From Giardia intestinalis (lineage: Eukaryota): a stretch of 64,000 nt of DNA. The stretch lies in the NCBI GenBank assembly GCA_000002435.2, contig CM018789.1, one strand, 5' to 3'. Under the pieces are notes generated by a model. It was not told the DNA's origin. It made no database searches and saw nothing but the letters and a program-made list of their open reading frames with translations. Position numbers and translations under genes: made by a program. Below, piece after piece: positions 27,992 to 39,300 of this stretch (position 1 is the stretch's first letter; each line of letters begins with the position of its first letter).

Positions 27992-30187
27992 ATGCCCAGT
28001 ATAATTTTATGCAATCTGAAAAGAAGGCAGGGACAGATGAGTTGGCACGCAGGAGAGGCTTTGGAGCGGCGCGAGTCGCACAAGCTACGCGAGCCCAGGA
28101 CCGCCGAAGAGGGAGAAGACATCGAAGAAACCATTGTGGAGGCGACGCGGGTAGCGCAGGCACTCGAGGCCTTGTCTCAGCGGACGGACTATATCGTGTC
28201 CCTCGTGAGCCCGGACAAGGCTTCGGAAGAATTCAGACTAAAGATATTCACATTCATCTCTAAAGTAATAGAGGCTGTACTGCCGAATACATTGATTGTG
28301 CCTTACGGCAGCTTCATCTCCAAGATCTATCTTCCAAGCTCTGACTTGGATATCTGCTGCTTCAACCATGGTCTTGACGAGATACCCCTTCTGCAGAAGA
28401 TTCTGGAAGCGCTTACGGTTTTCAGTGATCCGAGCCTTCGACCGACCGGAGTCCGGGTCCCTCCCGCAGTGTCCCAACTCATCAATTCACGTATACCGAC
28501 GGAGGAGCGGTTGGAACTAGAGAATATTGAGTTCATCATGGCAAAGGTGTCCTTGATTAAGTGCACCGTTTGTGGATTGGGAGTGGACATCTCGGCGGCC
28601 CAGCCCGGCTCACTGGTTACGTCTCTACTAATAGAGAAGCTTTCTCAGTCCATCGGGCGCAATAACCTTCTTAAGCGCTCTTTTCTCCTCATCCAGTCCT
28701 GGTGTTTATATGAGGCGAGAATCGTCGGTGGACACTCACAGATGCTTAGCTCTTACGCACTCCGCGTTATGGTGATCAACATCTTACTAAATTGCAGAGA
28801 TATCTATACGCCTTTCCAGGCGCTATATGTCTTTCTTGCATATTATTCTAGTTTTGACTACGATAGGGACATTGTCCATCCTTCTGGGCCTCTTCCAAAG
28901 CCTCCAGCCCATGAGTCTCTTACGGCGGCTCAGCTCAGTGGAAGTATGGAGGTGTTAGAGAGCCACATCTCGCCGTCGTATCTAAATCATCTGCGGTTTC
29001 TCAGAGACCTGTGCAGTGGGACAATATACAAGCCCGAGGTTCAGAATGTTTACGAAATAGTTAAGACGTACTTTGAGAAGCTCAGAGAAGCTCAGGAAAA
29101 GCCACTAGAGAGACTTGGAGACCCGCATGAGACGGATGAAACCCGCTCTACGCCGATTGATGATAGAAACACCGTGTCTGCTCAAGCAGATGTGCCGTCT
29201 TCTGTAGATGGTACAAAGGATCACGCAGTGGGTAGTGATTTTGTCAGTGTGGACTTGGATGATCGGAGACATCAAGGCACAGGTGAGAGGGCTTTTCCTA
29301 AGCGGCAGTGTAAGCATACAACCGGGCTAGTATTCTCTAGTGTGCCGACCAGCACCGAGAGCGCCACATCCATGGCCAGTTCAAATGCTGATGCGCTGCC
29401 TCACCAAGAAAAGGTATTCACAGATGATGCAGATGGTGTTGAGGCCGCATCACTGTCCCAGCGTCTGGGCCTTAAGCACCATGCAGTGGGCGGTGATCAG
29501 AATGCAGTAAGTCCCTCTGTCTCTCCTTCCCTTTCTGGTCGCCAGCCTGCACTAGAGAGCAAGCCATTTTCTAATGCACCTAGACCAAACACCAAAACAG
29601 AGACGGTCTCCTACGATCCGGTCTCACTAAAAGGGCTGACCAACATGTCTCGCTCTATCCTTTCTTACTTTAAGGACCAGGGAGCATTTAATGAACCGAA
29701 TCTCAACGATCATGACATCCTGCTCCTTTTTAAGCGGTATTTTTCTATGGGCACACTCCCTAACGTGCTATCGGACTCTCGAGCGTTTCTCCCTTCCTAC
29801 ATCTCAATAGTGGATCCCCTTCAGGTGATTAATAACTTGGGGCGCTCTGTCTCTGAGCCTAACTTCATGAGAATCACTCGGTCCTTTCAGACTGCACACA
29901 TAGTTCTTTCCGATATAGTTCAAATGTGTACCACAGGAAACATGACCATAACGGAAGCATTAGCGGAATACGACTGCTTTTTCATCTCTACTCTTTCTAT
30001 CTTTGGAGACATGAGTATAGAGAAGCTGACTGGTGGCGTATCTGACCTGTCTATCAACGTAGACGTGCTGGAGGCAGGGTGCCACCTTGTCGGGGCAACA
30101 GTATTGGGGTTCCCGATCGATGCACGGTCCTCACTGGTCGGATGCCTCCAGATTGGCTCTTGCCAGCCCACACCCGGTACTAAGTAG
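27992..30187 (+). CDS. non-canonical poly(A) polymerase / Trf4-Cid1-type nucleotidyltransferase
   Basis: Pol-beta-like NTase motif YGSFISKIYLPSSDLDICCF (GS...SDxD), followed by a PAP-associated-like region (LLIQSWCLYEARIVGGHSQMLSSYALRVMVINIL). The track start is GTG; the first ATG is at 27992. Confidence 0.65.
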   Translation: MPSIILCNLKRRQGQMSWHAGEALERRESHKLREPRTAEEGEDIEETIVEATRVAQALEALSQRTDYIVSLVSPDKASEEFRLKIFTFISKVIEAVLPNTLIVPYGSFISKIYLPSSDLDICCFNHGLDEIPLLQKILEALTVFSDPSLRPTGVRVPPAVSQLINSRIPTEERLELENIEFIMAKVSLIKCTVCGLGVDISAAQPGSLVTSLLIEKLSQSIGRNNLLKRSFLLIQSWCLYEARIVGGHSQMLSSYALRVMVINILLNCRDIYTPFQALYVFLAYYSSFDYDRDIVHPSGPLPKPPAHESLTAAQLSGSMEVLESHISPSYLNHLRFLRDLCSGTIYKPEVQNVYEIVKTYFEKLREAQEKPLERLGDPHETDETRSTPIDDRNTVSAQADVPSSVDGTKDHAVGSDFVSVDLDDRRHQGTGERAFPKRQCKHTTGLVFSSVPTSTESATSMASSNADALPHQEKVFTDDADGVEAASLSQRLGLKHHAVGGDQNAVSPSVSPSLSGRQPALESKPFSNAPRPNTKTETVSYDPVSLKGLTNMSRSILSYFKDQGAFNEPNLNDHDILLLFKRYFSMGTLPNVLSDSRAFLPSYISIVDPLQVINNLGRSVSEPNFMRITRSFQTAHIVLSDIVQMCTTGNMTITEALAEYDCFFISTLSIFGDMSIEKLTGGVSDLSINVDVLEAGCHLVGATVLGFPIDARSSLVGCLQIGSCQPTPGTK

Positions 30188-30215
30188 TAAACTAGGTAGT
30201 AAATCAAAAAAGGAC

Positions 30216-32756
30216 ATGGCAAAGGGAACCAGGATTCGATCCATTCCCATCTCCAATCAGCTGTCTGCGTTCATAGTCTTCTTTCTGAAGCTTCAGCTAA
30301 TGAATTGGATGTCGACCCTGTTTGTCGTAATCTTTCCCTTTATCTTTTACATTATGCTGTATGCTCTAAAAGAACTTCTCTATTGGCTCACAGAGGGGGC
30401 CCCCTTGCGCATAGGGTTGATAGAAATAGCAATGACCCTTTTTGCCACCCCAGTGTCCCAGCCGCTGAAGACAAATGCGAGTCTTCCGTACCTCATCGAC
30501 CAACAGAAGTACCACTTAACTAACGGACTTAGTATCGGCCACTCATTTAGCGCAACGTCCACGCCAGTCACCGGGCTCACGTTTGGCTCTATAGGAAACT
30601 GCCACGGCACAACCACTGTCCTCAACGTTCTTCCCATTATCCAACTCATTCCTATTCCAGGCATTAAGATCTCTGCAGATTCCTTGGGGCTCAAAACATG
30701 TAAGGATGGAACGCAGACAAACTACACGGGGAGTATTCACAATCTATCCATTAACAGCCAGCCCATCATCGATTCTGCCATTTTCACAGTTATGACAGAG
30801 ACCTTCTATCTCCAGCCAGAGGAGCAGTTTTCTCTAAATCCTGAGTTCTATACCGTCAGAAACAATCAGCTCAATTTCTCAATAATGGGTCCACTAGAGA
30901 TCCACAATCTCGACAGATGCAACTTCAGCATATATACACGCGATTGCCCGCTATTAGAGACCAACCAGGCTATTGTGGGAGGTTCTACAAATGTTACCGA
31001 GGACACGTATCTCAAGTCAACCACTGACATGGTGTATAGAGCATGGTACCAGCTCCGCTATGCCTCTGGGACTCCAGAGCAAGGAGCTCCCGGCCTCCCC
31101 GAGGGTCTTCCGGTGGGGAAGCCCATCCCACAGTTTAAGGTCATCGACTATGTTCTCATCCCAGACGTCAGGTGGATCACAGACGTTCTCATGGAGCAAG
31201 GGAGCTATCTGGTCTTGCTCTTCATAGGGCACATCGTCATCCCATTAATCACTGTTCTTCTTGTTACGCAGGCATGCACAGGTTTCACGAGTTTAATCTA
31301 TTCATCTGGCCTCCATCCTGTCGTGTATTATTTAACGTTCTTTATCTATTACTACTTAGTGTCTCTTGCAATGTCAGTTATAAATGTCTTCGCTAGCATG
31401 GCATTCTCGATGGATAGTGTTAACAAGTTGGGGGGCCTTCTCGTCATAATAACATTTACCTATCCAATCTTTTCCATCCCACTAGCATTTGCATTTGCAA
31501 TGGCCTTTAAATCCGTGTTCTCTGCTGCAATCATATCCTGGTTCAGTGTAATTTTCGTTCCCCAGATGATTTTGCTTTTATCTAAGGTATTGCCGTTCAG
31601 AATCAATATATTGGCCTGGTTCCTGCCATTTTCCTCCCTATCTTACATAACATCAAGCATCACCATTGAGTCCGGGGCGATAAACGGCATCCTTGTCTTT
31701 TGTGCAATCCAGTGCGCGATCTATGGACCGGTAATGCTATTCTTGGAGATCTACCTCACTGCACGTGGTATAGCGAAAAGAAAGGGGCTTCTGAAGTCTC
31801 AGCAGCTTGAGCAAGCCGAGCTGACGATAGCAGAAGATGACCAGGAGAACGTTGCCGTGAGTGTCTCCAACCTGAGCAAGACATTCAAGGCTAGGTCAGG
31901 GTATGTTCATGCTGTGAAGAACCTTTCCTTCCAGGTGCGGACGGGGGAGATTTTCTCCCTACTGGGACACAATGGCTGTGGGAAGTCGACTACTGTGAAC
32001 ATGATTGCAGGGGCGATTCCTCTTACGTCTGGGTCCATTAAGCTCAATGGGTATTTGTGTTTTGCGCCTCAATACGATGTGCTACCGAACGATACCAGGG
32101 TCGATCATGTGATGACCATGTTTGGACGAATGAGGGGGCTGAGCAAAAAAGAGTGTGAGAAGGAGATGGACGAGCTGCTCACCACTCTTAATTTGAGACA
32201 AGTCAAACACAAGACCATAAAGCAATGTTCGGGTGGATCGCAGAGACGGATATCCTTTGCGTGTGCATGCATTGGCACTAAGCCTCTTGATGTTGTCCTT
32301 TGCGATGAGGTGACCACTGGTCTGAGTCGCACAGATGCCATGGGTGTCTGGAACGTGCTTCTTGGGCTCCAGAAAAGAAATATCAGCGTTATCCTTATTT
32401 CCCACGATCTTGACGAGGCAGAGATGCTCTCCACCAATGTCTTATTCATGTCTGGTGGTCGCGGCATCAAGCAGGGGAATCCTACGGAGCTATGCATGAG
32501 CACAGAGTACCAAATATGCAAGATCAAGTCTTCTCACCCAATTTCAGAGCTGGAGCCACTTGTAGCAGATGGACGCATCACGTGTGTGCACGAGGCCAAC
32601 GACCTCATCTACCAAATAAAACTTGACATCATGACACCCGAGGAGGTGCTTGATGTAGCCCTCAAGTACGAAGACTGTTTTGTTGATAATGTGGGTCTTG
32701 AGGATGTCTTCTTTTCTATTGAGTCATATTTACACAAAGAGCAAAGCGAAAGATAA
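30216..32756 (+). CDS. ABC transporter, ABCA-like half transporter (TMD + one NBD)
   Basis: Multi-helix hydrophobic N-terminal half. Walker A GHNGCGKSTT, signature CSGGSQRR, Walker B VVLCDEVTTGLS and H-loop ISHDL. The track start at 30087 is TTG. ATG 30120 would overlap the upstream gene, so ATG 30216 just after that gene's stop is preferred. Confidence 0.8.
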   Translation: MAKGTRIRSIPISNQLSAFIVFFLKLQLMNWMSTLFVVIFPFIFYIMLYALKELLYWLTEGAPLRIGLIEIAMTLFATPVSQPLKTNASLPYLIDQQKYHLTNGLSIGHSFSATSTPVTGLTFGSIGNCHGTTTVLNVLPIIQLIPIPGIKISADSLGLKTCKDGTQTNYTGSIHNLSINSQPIIDSAIFTVMTETFYLQPEEQFSLNPEFYTVRNNQLNFSIMGPLEIHNLDRCNFSIYTRDCPLLETNQAIVGGSTNVTEDTYLKSTTDMVYRAWYQLRYASGTPEQGAPGLPEGLPVGKPIPQFKVIDYVLIPDVRWITDVLMEQGSYLVLLFIGHIVIPLITVLLVTQACTGFTSLIYSSGLHPVVYYLTFFIYYYLVSLAMSVINVFASMAFSMDSVNKLGGLLVIITFTYPIFSIPLAFAFAMAFKSVFSAAIISWFSVIFVPQMILLLSKVLPFRINILAWFLPFSSLSYITSSITIESGAINGILVFCAIQCAIYGPVMLFLEIYLTARGIAKRKGLLKSQQLEQAELTIAEDDQENVAVSVSNLSKTFKARSGYVHAVKNLSFQVRTGEIFSLLGHNGCGKSTTVNMIAGAIPLTSGSIKLNGYLCFAPQYDVLPNDTRVDHVMTMFGRMRGLSKKECEKEMDELLTTLNLRQVKHKTIKQCSGGSQRRISFACACIGTKPLDVVLCDEVTTGLSRTDAMGVWNVLLGLQKRNISVILISHDLDEAEMLSTNVLFMSGGRGIKQGNPTELCMSTEYQICKIKSSHPISELEPLVADGRITCVHEANDLIYQIKLDIMTPEEVLDVALKYEDCFVDNVGLEDVFFSIESYLHKEQSER

Positions 32757-32818
32757 GATAACGCGTTCTCTAGGTAAATTTGATCTTAATTTATTTCTAG
32801 AGTGGCGCGCGGTCTTTC

Positions 32819-35734
32819 ATGTCAAGGAGGTATCCAGCGCGCAAGTATCCTACTCAGGCCGGCGCAGGTGGGACCACTATGGCTACTTCCGCACCTGCTC
32901 CCGTGATGGCTGTGCCAATGATTCCAGCGGTTCAGAGCCAGGCTCCTCCGCAGCCTGTCTACTCCGGCCAACTGCACCCTCCCGTGGGTGCTCCGTCACA
33001 GCAGGTGTCTGCAGTTCCACTTATAGGTGTTCCAACGTCTCAGCAGCAGACATTTACACAGCCAAGTATTTCTGCTACTCTACCGCAACCCCCTGCAGGC
33101 ATAGCTTTACCGCAGGCTGCACCTCCGCAACAGGCCATCAATTACTCTGAAATAGCAGGCTCGTCTATTGCCTATCCGAGCGTGAATCCGGCTGCTCTGT
33201 TCGCCCCCACAGATCACTCTCAACCTTTCGCCAGCAGCCACATAGTTACCACTCCCCACTATGTAAAGCTAACACACACTGCACTGCCCCCGAGTAGCCA
33301 GGACCTCTCCAATTATGCCCTTCCCGTTGGAATGGTGATTGAACCGCTAGGGCCTGCAGATTCGCCCCCTCCCCTCATTGACTTTGCGGCAGAGTTCAAC
33401 ATCCAGCCTCCCCGATGCCAAAACTGCCAGGCATTCATCAATTGCTACAATACCTTTACCCCAGATAGGGTTTCGAGCATTTGCTGTCTCTGTGGACATT
33501 CAACACACCTTGACCATGCCTATCGATCATCCATTGACTTTTCTAACCCAAACTCAATAGGATCCAATCGCGTTGAACTGACCCATGAGGCTTATGAAGT
33601 CAAGGCCACTAAAAACTACGCAGCCAGGGCCAACCAGACACTGACATTTCGAACGTATGTGTTTCTCATTGATGTCAGCCCCCAGGCCATATCTTCTGGT
33701 CTTACTTCTGTGGCTTGTGAGGCCTGCGCTGAATTTATAAAGCTGGCTATAACAGACAGCACCGAAAATGACAGGCGAATCATGCTTGGGATTATTCTCT
33801 TCAACACCCACCTGCACTACATCATCGTCAAGGACGCTGCACGATACGAGCTTTACACTGTCCCAATGATAGACGAAAGGTTCATTCCGGCGCCACGGGA
33901 TATCATCGTATCTGCAAAGGCACGAGGAAATGCTCTCCTTAATGCTCTGCAGCAAGTCGTTTCTGTGTTCTCCCAGGCAAATACAGTCTGCCCGCCGACA
34001 TCGAATCAGAAGGAGACGGGGACGACTCGCGACGTCTGCTTTGGTGCGGCTTTGGATGCAGCTTACATTTGCATCTCCACTATTGGTGGGAAGATCCTAT
34101 ACTTCTTATCATCTCTTCCTTCTTGCGGGATGGGCTCGCTGCACGCCAGCGTCCACAAGCGTAACGGCAACCTCCTGTTTTCGTCGACAGGATCGCACTC
34201 TAAGGCATTTGAATCGGGCGATATAATAAAACAGCTTCTGACCCCTGATGCAAAAGATAGCGAGTTTTACATAGATTTGGCCGTCAGATCGACCATAAAC
34301 TTTGTCTCGATTGATGCCTTTCTGTGCCCACCCGCTTATGTTAATTTAGGTACGTGCTCGAGCACGACATCTTCGGTGGCAATGGGAGGCTTTCTAGATC
34401 CTGCCACGCTAGCAGAGTTGTCCAGATGCACTTCTGGGAGATATAACTACTATCCTGATTTTAATGGTAGTAGAGACCGAGTGCGACTGTATTCTGATAT
34501 CCTGGATGTGTATCAGCGCTACTCTGCTTTAGAAGCGTGTAGTCGCATTCGTTCCAGCAAGGAAATTGATGTTGCCTACACATATGGAAACATCTACCAA
34601 AGGCAGGAGGGGATCACACAGCTGGCGCAGTACGATGAGCAGAGTGGCTATGGGTGCGAGATTGTCTATCGAGTGAAAGAGATCCATGCAAAGACCCTGT
34701 ACATCCAGATGTCGTTTCTCTACACTGACGAGGCAGGACTACGGCACATTCGCTGCGTTACCAAACCCTTGCCAATCGCGTCCAATGCCGGTAGCGTCTC
34801 TACTGCCAGGGGCAGCTCTGTTGTTCTCTATAATTCGGTGGACATCAATGCTCAGGTAGCACTACTAGCCAAGAAGCTGGCGTGTGTTATGCGTACTAAC
34901 TCAGAAGTGACGTCTAGTAGCAACAGCACAGTTATGTCCGTCGGAACAGAAAGCACTAAGTACGAGAACGTTTCTGGAAGCTTGTCTAGCAACCAGCCGT
35001 ACCATGGGATCATTGCTGGTCTGTTTGCAGACCTTGTAGTCTGTCTTCACAACTACCGGTCACTCCTAAATCTACAACTAGACCCTCTGCTGAAGTTCAT
35101 TCCAGAGAAGCTGTCCCTATTGCCGCTTTTTGTCTACGCTATGTTACGAACTCATATGATGCGTCCCGTTAACTCGAAGAGCGCCCGTCTGGAGGAGCGG
35201 GTCTTGTCGATGATGCGCATAGAGCGCGGTAACGTGGCGGCGACTCTGAACGTGCTATACCCCAACATGTATTACATCCACCTTGATGAAGCGACAGGGC
35301 AGTGGGTGGCCTCAAAGACGCGCTTGTCTGCAGAGTATATGGTTCCTGGAGGAATCTATTTCATCGAGGACGTGCACGCCTTGTATATATTTTTCCACCA
35401 TTCCATCTCGCCCAGTACAGTCAGCCTGTTCTGCAAACCTAACAGCCAGGGGGCTATCAACATGGCCGAGCCCCTAGAGCTTCTCCCATTGATAGACCAG
35501 GAGGACATAGACTCAAATCTGTCTTCCCAGAACCCACTTGACCTCGTGTCCAAATTGGCAGCACTTCTGCGCGAGCAGCGAAACAGCTATCTCCCCATAT
35601 TCCCAATTACCGCGGAGACCAGGTTGGTCTCTGCCGTCATGAATTGCCTGATTGAAACGCGACAGGGGAGCCAGGGCTATGCAGACTTTGTCCGGATGCT
35701 TGGAAATGCCCTAGGCGCCAAGGCGGTTCGCTGA
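32819..35734 (+). CDS. SEC24: COPII coat subunit Sec24
   Basis: Pro/Gln-rich N-terminus. Sec23/24 zinc finger CQNCQAFINCYNTF...CCLCGH and a trunk beginning TYVFLIDVSPQAISSGL. 971 aa. ATG verified. Confidence 0.8.
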   Translation: MSRRYPARKYPTQAGAGGTTMATSAPAPVMAVPMIPAVQSQAPPQPVYSGQLHPPVGAPSQQVSAVPLIGVPTSQQQTFTQPSISATLPQPPAGIALPQAAPPQQAINYSEIAGSSIAYPSVNPAALFAPTDHSQPFASSHIVTTPHYVKLTHTALPPSSQDLSNYALPVGMVIEPLGPADSPPPLIDFAAEFNIQPPRCQNCQAFINCYNTFTPDRVSSICCLCGHSTHLDHAYRSSIDFSNPNSIGSNRVELTHEAYEVKATKNYAARANQTLTFRTYVFLIDVSPQAISSGLTSVACEACAEFIKLAITDSTENDRRIMLGIILFNTHLHYIIVKDAARYELYTVPMIDERFIPAPRDIIVSAKARGNALLNALQQVVSVFSQANTVCPPTSNQKETGTTRDVCFGAALDAAYICISTIGGKILYFLSSLPSCGMGSLHASVHKRNGNLLFSSTGSHSKAFESGDIIKQLLTPDAKDSEFYIDLAVRSTINFVSIDAFLCPPAYVNLGTCSSTTSSVAMGGFLDPATLAELSRCTSGRYNYYPDFNGSRDRVRLYSDILDVYQRYSALEACSRIRSSKEIDVAYTYGNIYQRQEGITQLAQYDEQSGYGCEIVYRVKEIHAKTLYIQMSFLYTDEAGLRHIRCVTKPLPIASNAGSVSTARGSSVVLYNSVDINAQVALLAKKLACVMRTNSEVTSSSNSTVMSVGTESTKYENVSGSLSSNQPYHGIIAGLFADLVVCLHNYRSLLNLQLDPLLKFIPEKLSLLPLFVYAMLRTHMMRPVNSKSARLEERVLSMMRIERGNVAATLNVLYPNMYYIHLDEATGQWVASKTRLSAEYMVPGGIYFIEDVHALYIFFHHSISPSTVSLFCKPNSQGAINMAEPLELLPLIDQEDIDSNLSSQNPLDLVSKLAALLREQRNSYLPIFPITAETRLVSAVMNCLIETRQGSQGYADFVRMLGNALGAKAVR

Positions 35735-35815
35735 TGGCACGGAGTGAATAGCAGCCTGTAGGTCATTGCAGACAACTTTAAATTGAATTCTTGTTGGAAA
35801 ACAGAAGGAGCGCTG

Positions 35816-36322
35816 ATGAACTCTCCAGTTTCTGACAAGGTCTTCTTTGACATCACCATCGGCGGCAAGCCTCTCGGCAGGATTACCATGGGGCTCTTCG
35901 GCTCAATCGTCCCGAAGACCGCGGAGAACTTCAAGAAGCTCTGCACCGGCGAGATGGGTTTCGGCTACAAGGGCTCTACGTTCCACCGCGTCATCCCCAA
36001 GTTCATGATCCAGGGTGGGGACTTCACGAACCATAACGGCACTGGCGGCAAGTCCATCTATGGCGCCAAGTTTCCTGACGAGAACTTCGAGATCAAGCAC
36101 TTCGTCGGGTGCCTCTCCATGGCGAATGCTGGGCCGAACACCAACGGCTCTCAGTTCTTCCTCACCGTGGCCGACACTGCTTGGCTCGACGGCAAGCACG
36201 TTGTCTTCGGGCGTGTCCTTGACGGGATGGACGTCGTCAAGGCAATCGAGACTACGAAGACCGGGGCCAACGACAAGCCGGTTGAGAAGGTTGTCATCGC
36301 CGACTGTGGCGTGCTCCAGTAA
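35816..36322 (+). CDS. peptidyl-prolyl cis-trans isomerase, cyclophilin A-type
   Basis: [20 protein letters not shown]...[28 protein letters not shown]...[18 protein letters not shown]...HVVFGRV are canonical cyclophilin blocks. The track start is TTG; the ATG is at 35816. AGTAAAT follows the stop. Confidence 0.9.
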   Translation: MNSPVSDKVFFDITIGGKPLGRITMGLFGSIVPKTAENFKKLCTGEMGFGYKGSTFHRVIPKFMIQGGDFTNHNGTGGKSIYGAKFPDENFEIKHFVGCLSMANAGPNTNGSQFFLTVADTAWLDGKHVVFGRVLDGMDVVKAIETTKTGANDKPVEKVVIADCGVLQ

Positions 36323-36379
36323 GCCAAAGTAAATGCGCTAAAAAAGCCACCGAGACTCCAGCTCCTGCCTCCAGGCGCA

Positions 36380-39300
36380 ATGGAGCTCCGGTACATAAAC
36401 TCCCTATTTTTTCGCCGGTTCGGGTCCCACGCTGTGACGATCACGTCTGTGAGCCCTGCTAACGAGCTTGGGATTCTCTTCGCTGGCATGTCCAACGGGT
36501 GCCTTGTTGCGTGGGATATGCGCTACGAGCCATCGCCCCTTGCACGTGTCGTGGTCTACAATGCCCACAAGGGAGCCATCAAGGCCCTTTGCTGGCAGCC
36601 ATATTATCGCCTGCTCTTTAGTGGAGGCGTCGACGGGCTGGTAAAGGTCTGGGATCCCAGCTTCACAGACTTCCTTGACGTCAGTGGAATGATGGCAGAT
36701 CATTCTGCACTCGCACAGATCTTCTCCAGCGAAAAGTCAAACCCCATTATAGAGCGCTACAAATATACCGTTCAGCCGCTGATCACAGAAGAGGAAACAG
36801 TCTCACCGAGCACTGGTTCCATAAAACTGACCCGTCTAGTTCAGTCGCTCGGTGACTTCACTCGACCAATTATCAAGATTTCATACATCGCCCACCACAT
36901 CGCGGTCCTATCGATGGACGGCTATATAGTAGTCTATTACCCCGATCCTCGACGCGATCTTACTATATTGAGGTATCCTTTGTTCATCAAAGTAGCAAGC
37001 ATATTTCTCGGACATCAGCAGCTCGATCGCGTGAAGAACTTTTCCACCTTGCAACTAGGATATAGTCTTCAGGAGCCGATTCACAAAGACAGCGTGCTAG
37101 AGCGCTATAATTTTCCTGTTAGTGACTACGCATACAAGCGAGCCATGTCTATTAAGTTGCAGCCTGCCAGCTCCTCTGCCCCTTTGACGTCAGGCGCACC
37201 ACCACAGGCCTCGCTGCCTCAGAAGGAACCCGCTCGGTTATTATCTGCATCTTTTGAGACACATGACACACTGAATCTTCGGGACATAGTTGAGTGTGGT
37301 CAGTTGGACAATGGACGTTCGCTTTCAGTGACGAAAAGGGGCACGAACATAGACGTTAACGCACCCCTTGACTACAGTGTTAACCCTCTGCTGACTGAGC
37401 CAGTAATTCCGCTTTCTTTGGCAGTGGACACTGATAACACCACGTTTTACGTGGGCGATTCTAACGGCACTGTTCACAGTCTCTCGGTACTTGATGGCAA
37501 GGTGTTCTACAAAAGCCAAATTAAGTACGTTTCTAATAATTCCATACTGGATTGCTGCTTTGTCCCCCACGAATCATCCCTCATTGCGACAGGAGCAGAT
37601 GGAACAGTACGGGGACTCATTGCAATGACTGGAAAGAATTATTTCGGGCGTGCCGGCCCCAAGGGAGTGGTCTTTACCAGGGTTCTGCATTGTCCTAAGC
37701 GAAAGCTCGTTGAATACGAGGACCTAATGTCATCACGGCCGGAATCGGCGCAGTTTGTCAAGCAGATTCGAGCTAGGATGCGACAGTCAGGACCGTCCTT
37801 GAGTACGATTCATGAAACAGACGAGCTCCTGATAGATGTGATGACGCAGACCTTGGAGGAGCAACAGCTTAGAACTATGCTGCAGAAGAATCGAAATCAA
37901 GAGATGCGCGAGCAACCAATCGCAGAAACAGACTTAACGGCGCTGTTCACAGGGAGTTCTTCCAAGAAGGAGATAACAGCTAAAGAAGCCTATCACTATG
38001 AATCGCATGCAGCCAGATCTATGAAGATAGATGAGGGTGCCAACTCAGATCTAAAAAAGAAAGATGACAACATTATACTGATGGACGCCAGCGGTCTTCT
38101 TCTTATTGTGGAGTCAACAACCAATATAACTCTCTTTGAAGCGATGTACCCCGAAATAGGCCCTGTCCCAGCAGCCTTAATGGCTAAGGCTACAGAACTA
38201 GGAGTATTTCTTACCACACCAGTGGTTACTCAACCACGACGGTCCTTGAACTACCAATTCTATGCTATTGCTAAGATGAATCTCAGTCTCCAAGAAGAGT
38301 ATTGGATTCTTAGAGGCCGGTTTGCCAAAACAATGGCGAAGATGGACCAAAGGCATAAGTTAGAAAGCTTTATGACCGAATCGGCCATCAAGAAAGGCCC
38401 AGCTAGAGCATCCTCAGAAAGCAGACCCACCAATTCTCTACCAAGAGCTCAGCGGCGAGCAAAAAGCAAGAGCTCCATCGAATCCATGGATGAGAAGGTC
38501 AGCGCAACGAAGGTGAGCATTCTTAACTGTTACGAAGACATGCAGCTTATAGATATGTTCCTATTAAAGTTGCCACCGGACTTGAATCCCCGGGGAGAGG
38601 TCGTTATTGGAATTGTGAGGCCCGTGTGCATAGACTTCTTTAAGCCAGTTTATAAGCATGCGGGACAGTCGCGCGGTATGGGTCATTCCAAGCCAATCCA
38701 GCTACTGTCGCTTCTGCCAGCTCCACCCCTACCCTTCCTCGATCCTACAGATGAAACTAAAAACAGCGCAGAAATGCCTATTACCGACAAAAAGATTAAC
38801 TCTTTGCTCGAGGGTCGAAGCCAAGAATTTTTATCCACCACGGATGGTAATCCAATCTTGCAGCGATCGGGCGCTGCTTGCGCAGACAGTAAGTCCGCAC
38901 AAGGTATGCGCCTCTCCAATGAAAGGACGACAATGGAGGATATAGCTAACACACAAACAGAGTCAGTAAGCATTACAGCACAGAGCTACTACAAGAATCA
39001 TGCCATTCAAGAGTTGAGCAACGTGAGCGAATCTAAAAATGTAGACGTCCTATCAAGCATCGACGAGCCCGTTTCAGAAGACTATGCACAGGCTCAGCTC
39101 CAGCAGAACCGTTTAAGATACCGCAATAACAGCATCAGATCCAGAAAGATCAGCAACACAGAAACAGATTTTGTGAGTGCTATTATTAATGGTGACATCA
39201 GTGTTTCCCACAGTGGAGCTGAGACCATCAGAGGCGCATACAGCGTTCAAGACATTGTCAAGACCCAGTTGGATAGTATTGCCAGCATCTCGACAAAGCG

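Noticed and set aside
30205-30240. tRNA T-loop-like string (aggattcgatcc)
   Set aside because: It lies inside the ABC transporter N-terminal coding sequence (MAKGTRIRSIP). It has no matching acceptor or anticodon stems and no canonical GTTCGAATC context.
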